Below are positions 36,865-49,862 of a DNA stretch of 64,000 bases, piece after piece. The notes under the pieces were generated by a model. It saw nothing but the letters and a program-made list of their open reading frames with translations, had not been told where the DNA came from and made no database searches. A program made the translations under genes and the position numbers. The number at the start of each line of letters is the position of its first letter. The stretch's first letter is position 1. Origin of the DNA: Octopus bimaculoides (lineage: Eukaryota). Location: assembly GCF_001194135.2 (NCBI RefSeq), contig NC_068995.1, positions 1,422,026 through 1,486,025 of the forward strand, written 5' to 3'.

Positions 36865-37844
36865 NNNNNNNNNNNNNNNNNNNNNNNNNNNNNNNNNNNN
36901 NNNNNNNNNNNNNNNNNNNNNNNNNNNNNNNNNNNNNNNNNNNNNNNNNNNNNNNNNNNNNNNNNNNNNNNNNNNNNNNNNNNNNNNNNNNNNNNNNNNN
37001 NNNNNNNNNNNNNNNNNNNNNNNNNNNNNNNNNNNNNNNNNNNNNNNNNNNNNNNNNNNNNNNNNNNNNNNNNNNNNNNNNNNNNNNNNNNNNNNNNNNN
37101 NNNNNNNNNNNNNNNNNNNNNNNNNNNNNNNNNNNNNNNNNNNNNNNNNNNNNNNNNNNNNNNNNNNNNNNNNNNNNNNNNNNNNNNNNNNNNNNNNNNN
37201 NNNNNNNNNNNNNNNNNNNNNNNNNNNNNNNNNNNNNNNNNNNNNNNNNNNNNNNNNNNNNNNNNNNNNNNNNNNNNNNNNNNNNNNNNNNNNNNNNNNN
37301 NNNNNNNNNNNNNNNNNNNNNNNNNNNNNNNNNNNNNNNNNNNNNNNNNNNNNNNNNNNNNNNNNNNNNNNNNNNNNNNNNNNNNNNNNNNNNNNNNNNN
37401 NNNNNNNNNNNNNNNNNNNNNNNNNNNNNNNNNNNNNNNNNNNNNNNNNNNNNNNNNNNNNNNNNNNNNNNNNNNNNNNNNNNNNNNNNNNNNNNNNNNN
37501 NNNNNNNNNNNNNNNNNNNNNNNNNNNNNNNNNNNNNNNNNNNNNNNNNNNNNNNNNNNNNNNNNNNNNNNNNNNNNNNNNNNNNNNNNNNNNNNNNNNN
37601 NNNNNNNNNNNNNNNNNNNNNNNNNNNNNNNNNNNNNNNNNNNNNNNNNNNNNNNNNNNNNNNNNNNNNNNNNNNNNNNNNNNNNNNNNNNNNNNNNNNN
37701 NNNNNNNNNNNNNNNNNNNNNNNNNNNNNNNNNNNNNNNNNNNNNNNNNNNNNNNNNNNNNNNNNNNNNNNNNNNNNNNNNNNNNNNNNNNNNNNNNNNN
37801 NNNNNNNNNNNNNNNNNNNNNNNNNNNNNNNNNNNNNNNNNNNN
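36865..37844. other. Assembly gap (largest of many N runs)
   Basis: N run. Most gaps in the window abut (TA)n or other microsatellites, so all X-containing ORFs are artefacts. Confidence 1.
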
Positions 37845-37879
<35 letters not shown>

Positions 37880-37904
37880 CACACAATAATATATATGTAT
37901 ATAT

Positions 37905-37943
<39 letters not shown>

Positions 37944-38755
37944 CACACATTAGTCATATGACAAAAAGGATATCTGAAACTCAACACACAGACTGACTAG
38001 ACACATCACTACACACATAAGGTTCAAATTAGTACAAAATACATATGTGTGGGTATATATATATGTATATAATATACACACATGTATAGTTTTATACACA
38101 CACACACTTTTACTTCTTTCAGTCATTACACACACACACACACACAATGTTCTCTCTCTCTCTCTCTCATTCCAGTTAACATGTGGAGAAAGTTTCTTTG
38201 AAATCTTTGTTGTTGTTGTTACTGCTGCTGCTGCCAGAAAATGTTTTGAATTCTGTTCATCTTTTACCCATATTGCTCCTAGTTTGGTATGTTCTGTCTT
38301 TATTCAGTCTTCCTACTTCCTTAATTCCTACACCAACACACACACCAACACACACACACTCGCTCCCTCCCTCCTGTTCACTGCCACCACCAGCAATATC
38401 ATCAGGCAAGCAGTTTGTAACATTACTGCAGACCACCACCACCACCACCACCATCACCACCGCCAACGCCATCACTTTGACTTAGCACAGTCGGCACTTT
38501 TAGTTCCCCCTCCACCTCACCATCAGCTCAGCCAAACCATCCCAGCATCCCTTGCTTTTTAATCATTGCTTGTGTACCAACAGCAGCAATGGTGGTGTAT
38601 GTTGGCAGACAGAGAGAGAGAGAGGGGGGGAGAGAGAAAGTGAAATGGTTGAAAGAGAGAAGTGAGAAGGGAGAGAATTAGAGAGAGAGAGAGAAAAAAG
38701 TGCAGTGAGTGAGAAAGAACAAGAGGGAGGTGCAGCAAGAGGGAGAGCTAGAGAA

Positions 38756-38803
<48 letters not shown>

Positions 38804-39164
38804 GATGAAGGTGGTGGAGGTGGAATAAAAGAAATGAAAGACAAAGAGAAGGAAGAGAGAAAGAGGAAACTTTCTTGAAGAAAACCAGAAAGATTATTGG
38901 GGATGGNNNNNNNNNNNNNNNNNNNNNNNNNNNNNNNNNNNNNNNNNNNNNNNNNNNNNNNNNNNNNNNNNNNNNNNNNNNNNNNNNNNNNNNNNNNNNN
39001 NNNNNNNNNNNNNNNNNNNNNNNNNNNNNNNNNNNCCATCTCTTCCACCTCTAATTCCTTATATAGACAGGTCTCAATTCCATGGACTCTTACCCCCCAC
39101 CCAACTCACCCACTTTTCTGGCCTTGTGCCTCTGTAAGAAATTATGGAAGGGCAGAAATGGTAA

Positions 39165-39375
39165 GAGACTGGCAGAATTGGTAGAGTGTCCGACAAAATG
39201 GTTTGTTCCATCTCTCTCAGTTCTGTGTTTGAATTCTACTGAGGTAAAATTTGTCTTTCATCCCCTCCAGGGGTCAATAAAATAAAGTGCTGGTCAAGTC
39301 CTAGGATTGAGGGTTTCTATTAAATCCCGTCTATCAAGATTTCTGATTTTGTTCCTAAATCAAAAAACTATTTTG
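39165..39375 (+). mobile_element. SINE family D
   Basis: GACTGGCAGAATTGGTAG...TTTGTCTTTCATCCCC...GGGGTCAATAAAATAAAG. Confidence 0.65.
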
Positions 39376-39434
39376 ATTTTCTATTTTGGGAAGGGGTCAT
39401 TATGGCAGCCATCTTTGTTTTCGTAATTCTGGGT

Positions 39435-39635
39435 TGGATTGGCAGAATCGCTAGAATGTTAGAAAATATGCCAAGTGCAATTTGATTCAACTGTCTGAGT
39501 TCAAATTATACCAAGATCACCTTTATCCTTCAGGGGTTGATAAAATACTGTACCAGTCAAATACTGGGGCTGATGGTATTTGACTGCTTTCCCCTCAAAA
39601 CTTTTAGCTTTCTGCCTCAATTACAAATGGTCATT
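39435..39635 (+). mobile_element. SINE family D
   Basis: TGGCAGAATCGCTAG...CTGAGTTCAAATT...CAGGGGTTGATAAAAT...GTACCAGTCAAATACTGGGG. Confidence 0.7.
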
Positions 39636-39704
39636 TAAGACTAAAGAATCCTGAATCTCAAACTTTGCAACTTGGTGACACAGTGGAAACCAAATAGTAA
39701 AATA

Positions 39705-39950
39705 ACTACTTCTTGTATTCTTCACATGGGAAGTGAAAAAAAGAAAAGAAAAAAACATTGGTACTTTTCATGCGTGGTAAAAAAAAATAGTTCTCTTATA
39801 TCCGGAAATTATAAATATACTGGCACTGTTTGTATGGAAAACAAAAAGTTATTGGCACTCTTTCTTTGGGAGGTAAAAAAACAAAACTAGCTCCCTTCAT
39901 ATGAAAGGTAAAAAAAAACTAATGCCACTCTTCAAACGGGAGGTAAGAAG
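39705..39950. repeat. Degenerate ~35-bp minisatellite
   Basis: About 6 units approximating GGCACTCTTCATATGGGAGGTAAAAAAAA. Confidence 0.6.
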
Positions 39951-40484
39951 GTATGAGCATTGTTCAATGGAAGGTTGAATAAAACGTGTTTTACAGATTA
40001 AAGATATTTATTAAAAAACAGAGAAGATTATAGTTTGTTTTGATAAATTATATTTGTAGATAACAAATTTATGAAGAACAAGTTTACACAGATACTTGAG
40101 GATTAGAATGGATTATCTAAAGCCTTTAAATTATAATTTCAAAAATCTGTGATGCACCTGTATACTATTTGCAATACACCAGTGCACTGTCTGAGGTAAA
40201 GTAAGATTGAAAGATTTAGCTTCTATTTCTAACAAATTAGACAACCACATGGAGGTTCTAAGGATACTGGGTCTCAAAGAGCTTCACCATCATGTCACAA
40301 TCAGTAGAATGTCATAAAAACACACTCTGAAGTGTTCAAGTTAAGTCCCTTTCTATTTCAGGTTCAACTTCTGGGGTCAATGGAATACAAGATGAACCAA
40401 AAGGTGATTTCATTGATGAAACCTTTCCCACAAATTCCTTCCCATTTTTCTATAAAAGAGATTATTAATTTAAAAAAATTTTTT

Positions 40485-40850
40485 AATTATTATTATTGAG
40501 TGAGAGAGCATGCCATCAGTGTTACACTGGGGTACAAATATACGAAGCCCAGTATACCCATCATGACTACCCATCTAATAAGGGTACATCATGCACATGC
40601 ATCACAACCACATGTGCATGACATGGCGATCTCATATCAAGATTAACAGCACGTGACCTCACAGGTGGGGCCCAGTTAGAATTTTCTTCAGGATGAGTAG
40701 CCCATCCTGCTCGAAAGGTCCCTGAATAAGGGTTGTTTAAGGATGTTAAACGAAATATTCATGTTTCTGGATGTGTATTATTCAAACCCCAAAGAATTCT
40801 TCTCAACACTGTTTGTGATCAGAGATGCACATATCGTCAGCCACCACATA
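40485..40850 (-). mobile_element. Retroposon family E, long copy with (TAA)n tail
   Basis: TTATTATTATTGAGTGAGAGAGCATGCCATC...GGGGTACAAATATACG...GTGGGGCCCAGTTAGAATTTTCTTCAGG...GATCAGAGATGCACATATCGTCAGCCAC; first ~110 bp match 4660-4770. Confidence 0.75.
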
Positions 40851-41776
40851 TCATCATGCAATGGGACTGAACCTGGAATAATGTGGTTGGTAAGCAAGTC
40901 TTTTACCACGCAGCCATGACTGCAACTGTATATATAGGATTGACAAAAGGGGAGGACACAGCTTAGTAAAGTGAGTATGGGTTTGAATGCCTGGACGAGT
41001 GATCAGTTATGTGGTCAATAAATGGAAGAAAATGAAGAGAGAGGGGAATAGTGTATGTGTGGGTGTGTGACAGTAGCCATCTCACCATATGTCCTGCCAA
41101 ATATTCAACAAATGAAGTAGAAAGGAAGGAGGTTAAATGTGAAAGACCCTCCCACCACAATGACCACCAATATTTGAGTAAGTCACGTAACTCTTTCACT
41201 CCAGTCTGCCTGGCTGATCAACAGATTCCACTCCCTACTTCAGTGTTAAGTGACAAGAAATGCTGAAGTGACATCTAGCAGCAAAAACAATGACTCCAAC
41301 ACATGAAATAATGAGAGACCCTCTATGGACTAATCTTGTTAATCTTCTAAGATATAGCAGCCAAATCTTCCTCAAATTACAGTAAATTTATTTTAAAAAG
41401 TATAGAACACATTTGCTGGTGTAGTTCTAGATACACTATGACAGGAAAAAAAAGATGGAGGGTCACAGTCTGCAAAGATTTCATTATAAATCTGCAGGGT
41501 CAAGACTGACCTGGGGTTAAAGAACAACAGGAAGGGACATGTCAAATAATGTAATCCTAAATACACTGAGATGAGATGGGCATGGTTGGAATGCATTTGA
41601 TCATAGGTCTGCCGAATTAAGGCTAACAAGAACAGGCACATCAAATTATATACTCCTAGATACACTTGATCTGAAAGCAAAAATGAAATGGTTATGATTG
41701 GAGCAGCTTGGTTACAGGTCTGTTGCACCAAAGTTGACCAAGGGCTAAACAAGAAGAAGAGGAGGAGGTGGTGGTG

Positions 41777-41811
<35 letters not shown>

Positions 41812-44800
41812 CTTCAAGACAAATAGCTGCTCCATCTACATTAAAATGGATGGAACAAATGTACAGCAGTAAATAGATAAATAAATAAATAGATAGAATT
41901 TAAAAGATATGGTAAAGTTAGAATTTCTTTTGTCTGCTGGAGTTTTGGTGAAAGAACAGAAAAAAATTGGCGCTTTGAAATCTAAATATTGATGTGAGAA
42001 GATTTAGAAATGGTGCTGACTGTTGGCTGGATTCTTTAAACATTGGAATAATGTGTTGGTAAGATTTAGTCAACAGAAGATGGAGAGGTGGGTGGAGGAC
42101 AGAGGGAGGGGTGGACGTGTGTAAATGTGATTGAGTGCATGCAGGGAAGTCTGTGTGTGTGTGGGTATCTGCAGGTGTATGTATGCGCAGGCTGGTGTGT
42201 ATGTGCATGGGTGTGTGTATATTTGTATGAGTGTGTGTGTGTGTGTGAAATGTGTCAACATGTGTCTGGGGAACACATGCGTATGTAATCGGAAGTGTTT
42301 GTATATTTGTGTGTGTGTATACATGAGTGCCTGTATCTGTGAGTATGAGTATGTGTGTGTTGTGTGTGTGTTGTGTGTGTGTGTGTGTGTGTGAGTGTGA
42401 TGTATGCTTATTGTCAACTCAATGATCCAAGTCTGTCTCCTTAGTAGCAGACAAATCTTCATTAGCAGGAAATAAGTTTAAATAAGTGAAAGGTACTAGA
42501 CATGTAGCACAATGGAGGTATTGGACATGTAATACACATGGAGCAGACATGTAGTACACTGGGGCTGTGGATAATAAACATTTGGATGACTGGAGCACCT
42601 TTGTACGACAGGATGGTCATGACTAGACCCCGCTTTGCATGACAGCTCTAATGGGTCAGGTCTGACCTGGAGCTATGCAACAATGGTCACCACAACCACA
42701 AAAGTCTCACAGGGTTGTCATGGCTGGAATGTCTTTGGATAAGAGTTGATCTGGTGACTAAACAATGACGAGACAGTAACTCCACAGGATGGCCAATACT
42801 GGACCACTTCAGTACACAGGCTCTATTGGGGGGGGGGTNNNNNNNNNNNNNNNNNNNNNNNNNNNNNNNNNNNNNNNNNNNNNNNNNNNNNNNNNNNNNN
42901 NNNNNNNNNNNNNNNNNNNNNNNNNNNNNNNNNNNNNNNNNNNNNNNNNNNNNNNNNNNNNNNNNNNNNNNNNNNNNNNNNNNNNNNNNNNNNNNNNNNN
43001 NNNNNNNNNNNNNNNNNNNNNNNNNNNNNNNNNNNNNNNNNNNNNNNNNNNNNNNNNNNNNNNNNNNNNNNNNNNNNNNNNNNNNNNNNNNNNNNNNNNN
43101 NNNNNNNNNNNNNNNNNNNNNNNNNNNNNNNNNNNNNNNNNNNNNNNNNNNNNNNNNNNNNNNNNNNNNNNNNNNNNNNNNNNNNNNNNNNNNNNNNNNN
43201 NNNNNNNNNNNNNNNNNNNNNNNNNNNNNNNNNNNNNNNNNNNNNNNNNNNNNNNNNNNNNNNNNNNNNNNNNNNNNNNNNNNNNATATATATATATATA
43301 TACACACACATATATATATATTATGTGTGTAAGAGAGAGAAAGAGAAACAGATAGAATTACATGGAGTGATTTGGGAAAGAGAGAAAGATAGATTGATAT
43401 ATATACAAACAGAGACAGAAGTAATTGGAGTGAGTGGGTGGGAGTGGTGGAAATGTGTGAAAATAAAAATAAAAAAAAAAGAGAAAGAAAAAAGAAGATA
43501 AATAAAAGTAAGACTTCCTCTCCCATATTTCTCTCTCTCTCACTTCTCCCCATCGGAAGAGCGTGAAGAAATGTGATACCAAGAATGCTGGGATAGATAA
43601 CAGTTTCGACCCCTCCCCCTCCTCTTCCCCTCACAGTTAACCCAGATCTCTCACCTTACTAACTCCTCCTCTTTCTTCCACTCCCAACAAGGGCAGGGGT
43701 AGGGCTGGCATTCTTGTTGTGATTAACCATAGGTCAGCTAATGTTCCAGCTATGACCAACCCAACTTAATGTTTCTCTGACTATCCAATAACCCAGGAGG
43801 TCCTGCTCTCCTTCAAGAATATAAATTATGGCTTGAAGGCAATGTGGCAGTTGTTTCTAGCAGGTCAAGCAACCACATAATGCCGACTCCCTCCCTCATT
43901 ACACTTGTTGTAGTTGTTGCCGTTGGTGATGCTGACGTGACTGTTATTGTCATTTAACCCCAGGTTAAACCTGACTAAGCAGGCCTATGACCAAAGCCAT
44001 CCCAACTGCGACCATCCAGTCTATTTTAGATTTATCCTGGACAACATCAAAAGTAGATGGCTGGCTGACATCTGCAGTAACGAGGAAATAATCCAGTTCA
44101 CCAAGGGGATCACACTGTGTATCTCTTATGCTCACTTTCTTGTACCTTATTTGTTTTTCCAGCACCCCATTGTTACCATCTTTATCGTCACCCCAGCTAC
44201 CCACTTATATAACGTGAGGAAGCACTGTATCTGCGATTACAAAGGCACCTGCTTGTCCCTCTGTCATACTTAAGCCTTTCATAAAACCCTTTATCCATCC
44301 TCTCAAATATTCCCCACCATTACGGAGTCATGTGGGCTCCCCCCACCCAGTTCTTTTCTTGCCTTTCAATTTACATGTCAAACGTCGCTGGTGCCCACAG
44401 CACCAAAAAAAGGTACCCAGTACACATTTGGCATTAGCTGTCGAGAACATGGCAAAGCTCAAGGCAGTCCTGAGGATCACCAGATCTTGTCAAACTGTCC
44501 AAACCATGCTGACATGGGATATAAATGTTAAAATGATGATGACAATGATATATATANNNNNNNNNNNNNNNNNNNNNNNNNNNNNNNNNNNNNNNNNNNN
44601 NNNNNNNNNNNNNNNNNNNNNNNNNNNNNNNNNNNNNNNNNNNNNNNNNNNNNNNNNNNNNNNNNNNNNNNNNNNNNNNNNNNNNNNNNNNNNNNNNNNN
44701 NNNNNNNNNNNNNNNNNNNNNNNNNNNNNNNNNNNNNNNNNNNNNNNNNNNNNNNNNNNNNNNNNNNNNNNNNNNNNNNNNNNNNNNNNNNNNNNNNNNN

Positions 44801-45361
44801 NNNNNNNNNNNNNNNNNNNNNNNNNNNNNNNNNNNNNNNNNNNNNNNNNNNNNNNNNNNNNNNNNNNNNNNNNNNNNNNNNNNNNNNNNNNNNNNNNNNN
44901 NNNNNNNNNNNNNNNNNNNNNNNNNNNNNNNNNNNNNNNNNNNNNNNNNNNNNNNNNNNNNNNNNNNNNNNNNNNNNNNNNNNNNNNNNNNNNNNNNNNN
45001 NNNNNNNNNNNNNNNNNNNNNNNNNNNNNNNNNNNNNNNNNNNNNNNNNNNNNNNNNNNNNNNNNNNNNNNNNNNNNNNNNNNTCATAGGTTGGCAGGAT
45101 CAGAACTAACAACAAACGCACCCAGAGTTGAAAAAGTGGTTATTTAATCCCTTTTAGGGCTCTGGAAATATGGGGGACAAAATGAAGGAGCATGTTGAGA
45201 TAGGAGGGGGGAAAAAGAATGGGAGTAGGGTGGGGTGTTGAGATGTATGTCTGTAATTATTGCCTGGAATTATCAGGGTTCTTTTTGGGAAGGGACCAGA
45301 AACTTTTAAAAATCATTTTAGGGATTTCATTCAAATTTTTTCTGTTATTTTAAGAAAACTA

Positions 45362-45397
<36 letters not shown>

Positions 45398-46697
45398 ACA
45401 CATTCTCAATACAAAGTTTACTTGGAGCTTATAGTGGTGGTGTTGGGGAGACATCTTTTTCAAGTATATTTTTTTCCTTCTCAATTAGTTTTCCATATGC
45501 TCCAACAACAATAAAAACATTACCAATACTGGGTTACGCTCTTGTGTAAAGGAATCATTCGCACACATACACACACTTACAAACATCCAGGAGGTCTGTA
45601 AAACTGAAGTTACAGAAGACTTCCAAATTAGCCAAAGTTTAAAATTGCCATTTATGTATCATACTAAAAATCCGCACACTGTTAGAAGGCATGATGCTAT
45701 GGAACTGTCTGAGATAAACATTGTTGCTGTGCCTTATAGGAACAACAGATATATTTCCTCTTTGTTGCAGCTCATCAATGCCAAGCTCTCAGTTGTTACC
45801 TGCTTAAATGAAATTCCTTGCCTCTCTATACAAGAAACAAGGAATAAAACATTCAGTAGTATTGTAGAAACTTGCCAAGCTGTAGAAAGAAATTAACTGG
45901 CTGAGTATTCCTGAGACATTAGTGCACCCTTAATGTAATCCTCCTCAGGTAGAATTGGTGTGACATGGTGTGACAAGGCTGAAATTTTAAATTACAAGTA
46001 CAATCCAATTAAAAGGCTTCCATACAGTTTCCGTCCACCAAATTTTACTCACAAGGTATGAGGTAGCTCATAGCCATAGAAAGTAACATCCATCCAATGT
46101 CCTGAGGTGAGATTTGAACCTTGGGACTTTGTGGTTGTGAAGGGAACTTCTAAACCATTCCACACACACACACACACACACATTAATCAGTTGTAAAGTT
46201 ATGTCAGTGACTCACCAATTAATTAACACACACACACACACACATACTGTCTTATGTAGTGAGTTCTATTTCTCCAGTTTGTTCCACCAAAACATGCACA
46301 CACACATGTATGTATGTATGTATGTATGTATACATTCACAGAGGAAAATGTCCCAAGCTTATTATGCAAATATGATAGGTAGACAAATATCTGGATATAA
46401 AATAACATTAGAAAGACTCTTTTTTTTTTAGTTACAGCAAAGTTCAGAGGTCAATCGTAATAGTGTTCAATGGCAGGAGGGTGTCATATTATCAAGATGG
46501 GAAGACAGACACACATAGAATAGATCATAAATATTACCCTGCTGCTAGCATCCCTCTCCCCTCGACCCTTCCCAATCTTTACAGATGTTGCCTACTGACC
46601 TCCCTCACTCCCACTTCACCTGTCTCCCCCCCCACCATTCCTACCAAGGTGCCACCTGGATATCTTATCACCATTATCTCTTTAGAAACACTATCAA

Positions 46698-46737
<40 letters not shown>

Positions 46738-46859
46738 TAAATGTGAGTAGCCACCATGTTGCTCCTCTACAAGAACCTGCTCCACCCCAACCTCTTCCCT
46801 CATACCTTGACCCCCCCACATCTAGCATAAGGGTACAACATCTCTCCTGCCCTGGGTTT

Positions 46860-47095
46860 GTTGACTTGTGAGGTACATGGTGACCTCAATAGGGATGGTG
46901 CCATGAAAAAAAGGCATCCAGTCCATACTGTATGAAGTGGTTGGCATTAGGAATGGCATCCAGCCATAGAAATGATGCCAAAGCAGGCGCTGGAGCATGA
47001 TGCAGTTGTATGAATCATTGGATTCTCGTCAAACTGTGTCCAATCCCTGCCTGGATGCAATCTGGACGTTAAATAATCAGGATGATAATGATGCT
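46860..47095 (+). mobile_element. Family B retroposon
   Basis: GGTGCCATG(A)n GGCATCCAG...GTGGTTGGCATTAGGAATGGCATCCAGCC...GGACGTTAAA. Confidence 0.75.
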
Positions 47096-47373
47096 GATGC
47101 TGATTTATAGACACTCAAAATCTTCCTTGCTTTAACACAGGACATGTTTTGCATGGAAGACAGAAAGTGAACAACCTAACGTTCATTCTCCTTCACAACT
47201 GATGCAAAATGTTGTGACAAGGAGTACACACACACACACACACACGTGCGCAAATACATTTCAAACTTAACTAGATTTCTTCAGAGGGACGTATTGAATT
47301 TTATGATTATGAATTCTTGAAATCATGAATCTGAAATATTACTGAAGAAGTCTGATTTTGATTGAAATAAATG

Positions 47374-47935
47374 GGATCTATTTTAAAACGGGGGCCACAT
47401 TTTTCATTAATGTTTTACGTAGTGCTTTTGGTACCGAAAGACTTTCAAACTTCGTATACTTATCTATTTTGTGTTGTAGAACAGAAAAATATTTTTGTAT
47501 TCGAATTTATTTCATGTAAAAAATTGTCTTATTTCGATAATTTCAACCAATCACTGACGTCCATTCAGCCGATATACATTAAGTGCCGACTACATAAACA
47601 AACGATTCTTTGTTTTATTTGCTTTTTTCATTNNNNNNNNNNGGTTAGAGTTAGGGTTAGGGTTAGGGTTAATTGTTTCAGAATCGTTTGTTTATGTAGT
47701 CGGCACTTAATGTATATCGGCTGAATGGACGTCAGTGATTGGTTGAAATTACAGAAATACGACAACTTTAACATGGAATAATTTATGGATTTCTTTTTTT
47801 TTTAAGAAGACTAAGAGAAAAAGATGTTTTATATGACACATTCTACCAGTGATCCAAGTTTCAAAGTGTTTCGTTAATGAAAAATGTGGTTTCGTTAATG
47901 AAAAATGTGGCCCCCCGCCGTTTTAAAAAGGATCC
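47374..47935. mobile_element. Foldback MITE with 8-bp TSD (GG...CC termini; Merlin-like by TSD and termini)
   Basis: TSD AATAAATG at 47366-47373 and 47936-47943. TIRs GGATCTATTTTAAAACGGGGGCCACATTTTTCATTAA / TTAATGAAAAATGTGGCCCCCCGCCGTTTTAAAAAGGATCC. Perfect 72-bp internal IR at 47538-47609 / 47680-47751. Central TTAGGG repeats beside a 10-N gap. Confidence 0.85.
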
Positions 47936-48059
47936 AATAAATGTGTGACAAGAATGTTACTTTTTTGTTTTAAATTTCAGTTTGAAATTTAATATTAATG
48001 ATATTTACATAGACTATAAAAAAAAAATGCATGAAGACAAGAAGAGGAGGTATCTGAAA

Positions 48060-48230
48060 TCATCATCATTTAACATCCATTTTCTATGTTGGCATAGGTT
48101 TGATAGGAACTGGCAAGCTGAAGAGTAGCACCAAGCCCCAGTTGTCTGCTTTGGAAAGGTTTCTACAGCTGATGCCCTTCCTAATGCCAGCCATGTTTCG
48201 GAGTGTAATGGGCATTTTTTTATATGGTAC
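48060..48230 (-). mobile_element. Family B retroposon
   Basis: CATCATCATTTAACATCC...GGTTTCTACAGCTGATGCCCTTCCTAATGCCAGCC. Confidence 0.8.
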
Positions 48231-49079
48231 CAAAATGGGTACTTTTTACTTAAATCAAAAATTTAGAAATATAAATCTCCAAAACTGAAATTTAAATTAA
48301 AAATCAACTTAATTTCAAATTCCAGTTTGTGTGTGTGTGTTTTGTTTAATTTAGCTTTTACACTTAGAAAAATATTTATTTTGATCAATAAATAAATTTT
48401 GAAAATATGTCAAATTTATTGAGTTCAAACAGAAAATAAGAAAAAAATTATTGGTTATCTTTCATCTGGTTCGATATATCCTTTAGTATCATATTACACA
48501 CACACACTAAACACATATAGTAAAATTCACACACACACACACACAAATAGAGATATACACACATCCAGATACATATATACACACAAACAGGCAATATTAT
48601 GAATTGTATGAATTACACCTTTGTATTCATTTCCTGTTGGGCTGCTGCAATATGTGTGTGTGTATATATATATATATATATGTAATGTGTATGCATGAAT
48701 GTATGTGTGTGTGTAACTGCTTGACATGTTAGAGATAGCACCCAATATCCCTCAAACTACACCCTAACATAAAAAAAACCACAGAAACAAGATAGTCACA
48801 AATACATGAAAAGAGAGAACGTTCAAGACTGGAATGATTTTGATCTAATGAGACTGGATCTCGTTAGGGGTCAACAATAACAGCAACACATGAACCCAAG
48901 TGAAACCCTTATGGGATCACGTAACCCACTCTGCTCACATCTTATGGTCTTCTAGAGGAGGAGACACATGTCCAGGATAATGGAGTCATTGTATGTTAGT
49001 GATGGGATGGTCATGGTTGGAACTTCTTAGATCATAGATCTGCTCAATCAGGACATACCTGGGGCTAAACAACAATACA

Positions 49080-49610
49080 CAGTACATTGCTCTACAACAT
49101 CACATTACACCCGACCACTCTGAAGTGCAGACCAAACTGGCCATCATGTCATGTAGGGTGCACCAGGTCAAACATTGCATGTAGTGCACCAGACACCAAA
49201 TCAGAACAAGGGCCCACAACACACAGAGCACTAGGTCAACACTGCACATAGATATACCACAACACTAACCCAAGTAACAACAGACTGGGACACTACTCCA
49301 TACTGTAACCCATACTGCACAAAGACATCAGTACACCACTCCAGAACCCAGACACCACTCCACAAAGTGTTATGGGCCACACTAGAGAGGACAGTATACC
49401 ACACTACACACCACACTAACCTAGCACAATACCACCACTACCATACACCACTCCACACAATGCACCAGACTACACCACACTAGAGACACACTGCTATGCC
49501 ACTCCGTATCACAGAGTACATCACACCACCACAGCAGACCACACAACACTCCCCACTGTCACTTTACACCAGACCACACAGCAGAAGACCAGACCACACC
49601 AGTGCAAGAG
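49080..49610. repeat. Degenerate pentanucleotide-type satellite (ACCAC/ACCAG/ACTAC)
   Basis: Strong C/A bias with recurrent CACCACAC, CAGACCAC and CACTAC. Confidence 0.65.
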
Positions 49611-49825
49611 GAGGAGGTCTGGTGCTGAGGGTGGTGTACACATCAAGTTTAAGTATGGAATAAAGAAGTGGGGAAGTAAGGACTCTCCCTCCCTCTAAGT
49701 AGGTGCGATTATATCTGAGTTAATACATAACTTTTTAACTAACTTGAGATATGTTGTCTCACTAACTGATAACATAGCTTCTCAATGAACCAAGTGCTTG
49801 CTTGTGTGTGTGTGTGTGTGTGTGT

Positions 49826-49862
<37 letters not shown>

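Noticed and set aside
36707-37996. Longest ORFs in the track (360-426 aa) and all other X-rich ORFs
   Set aside because: They span N gaps; not real coding evidence.
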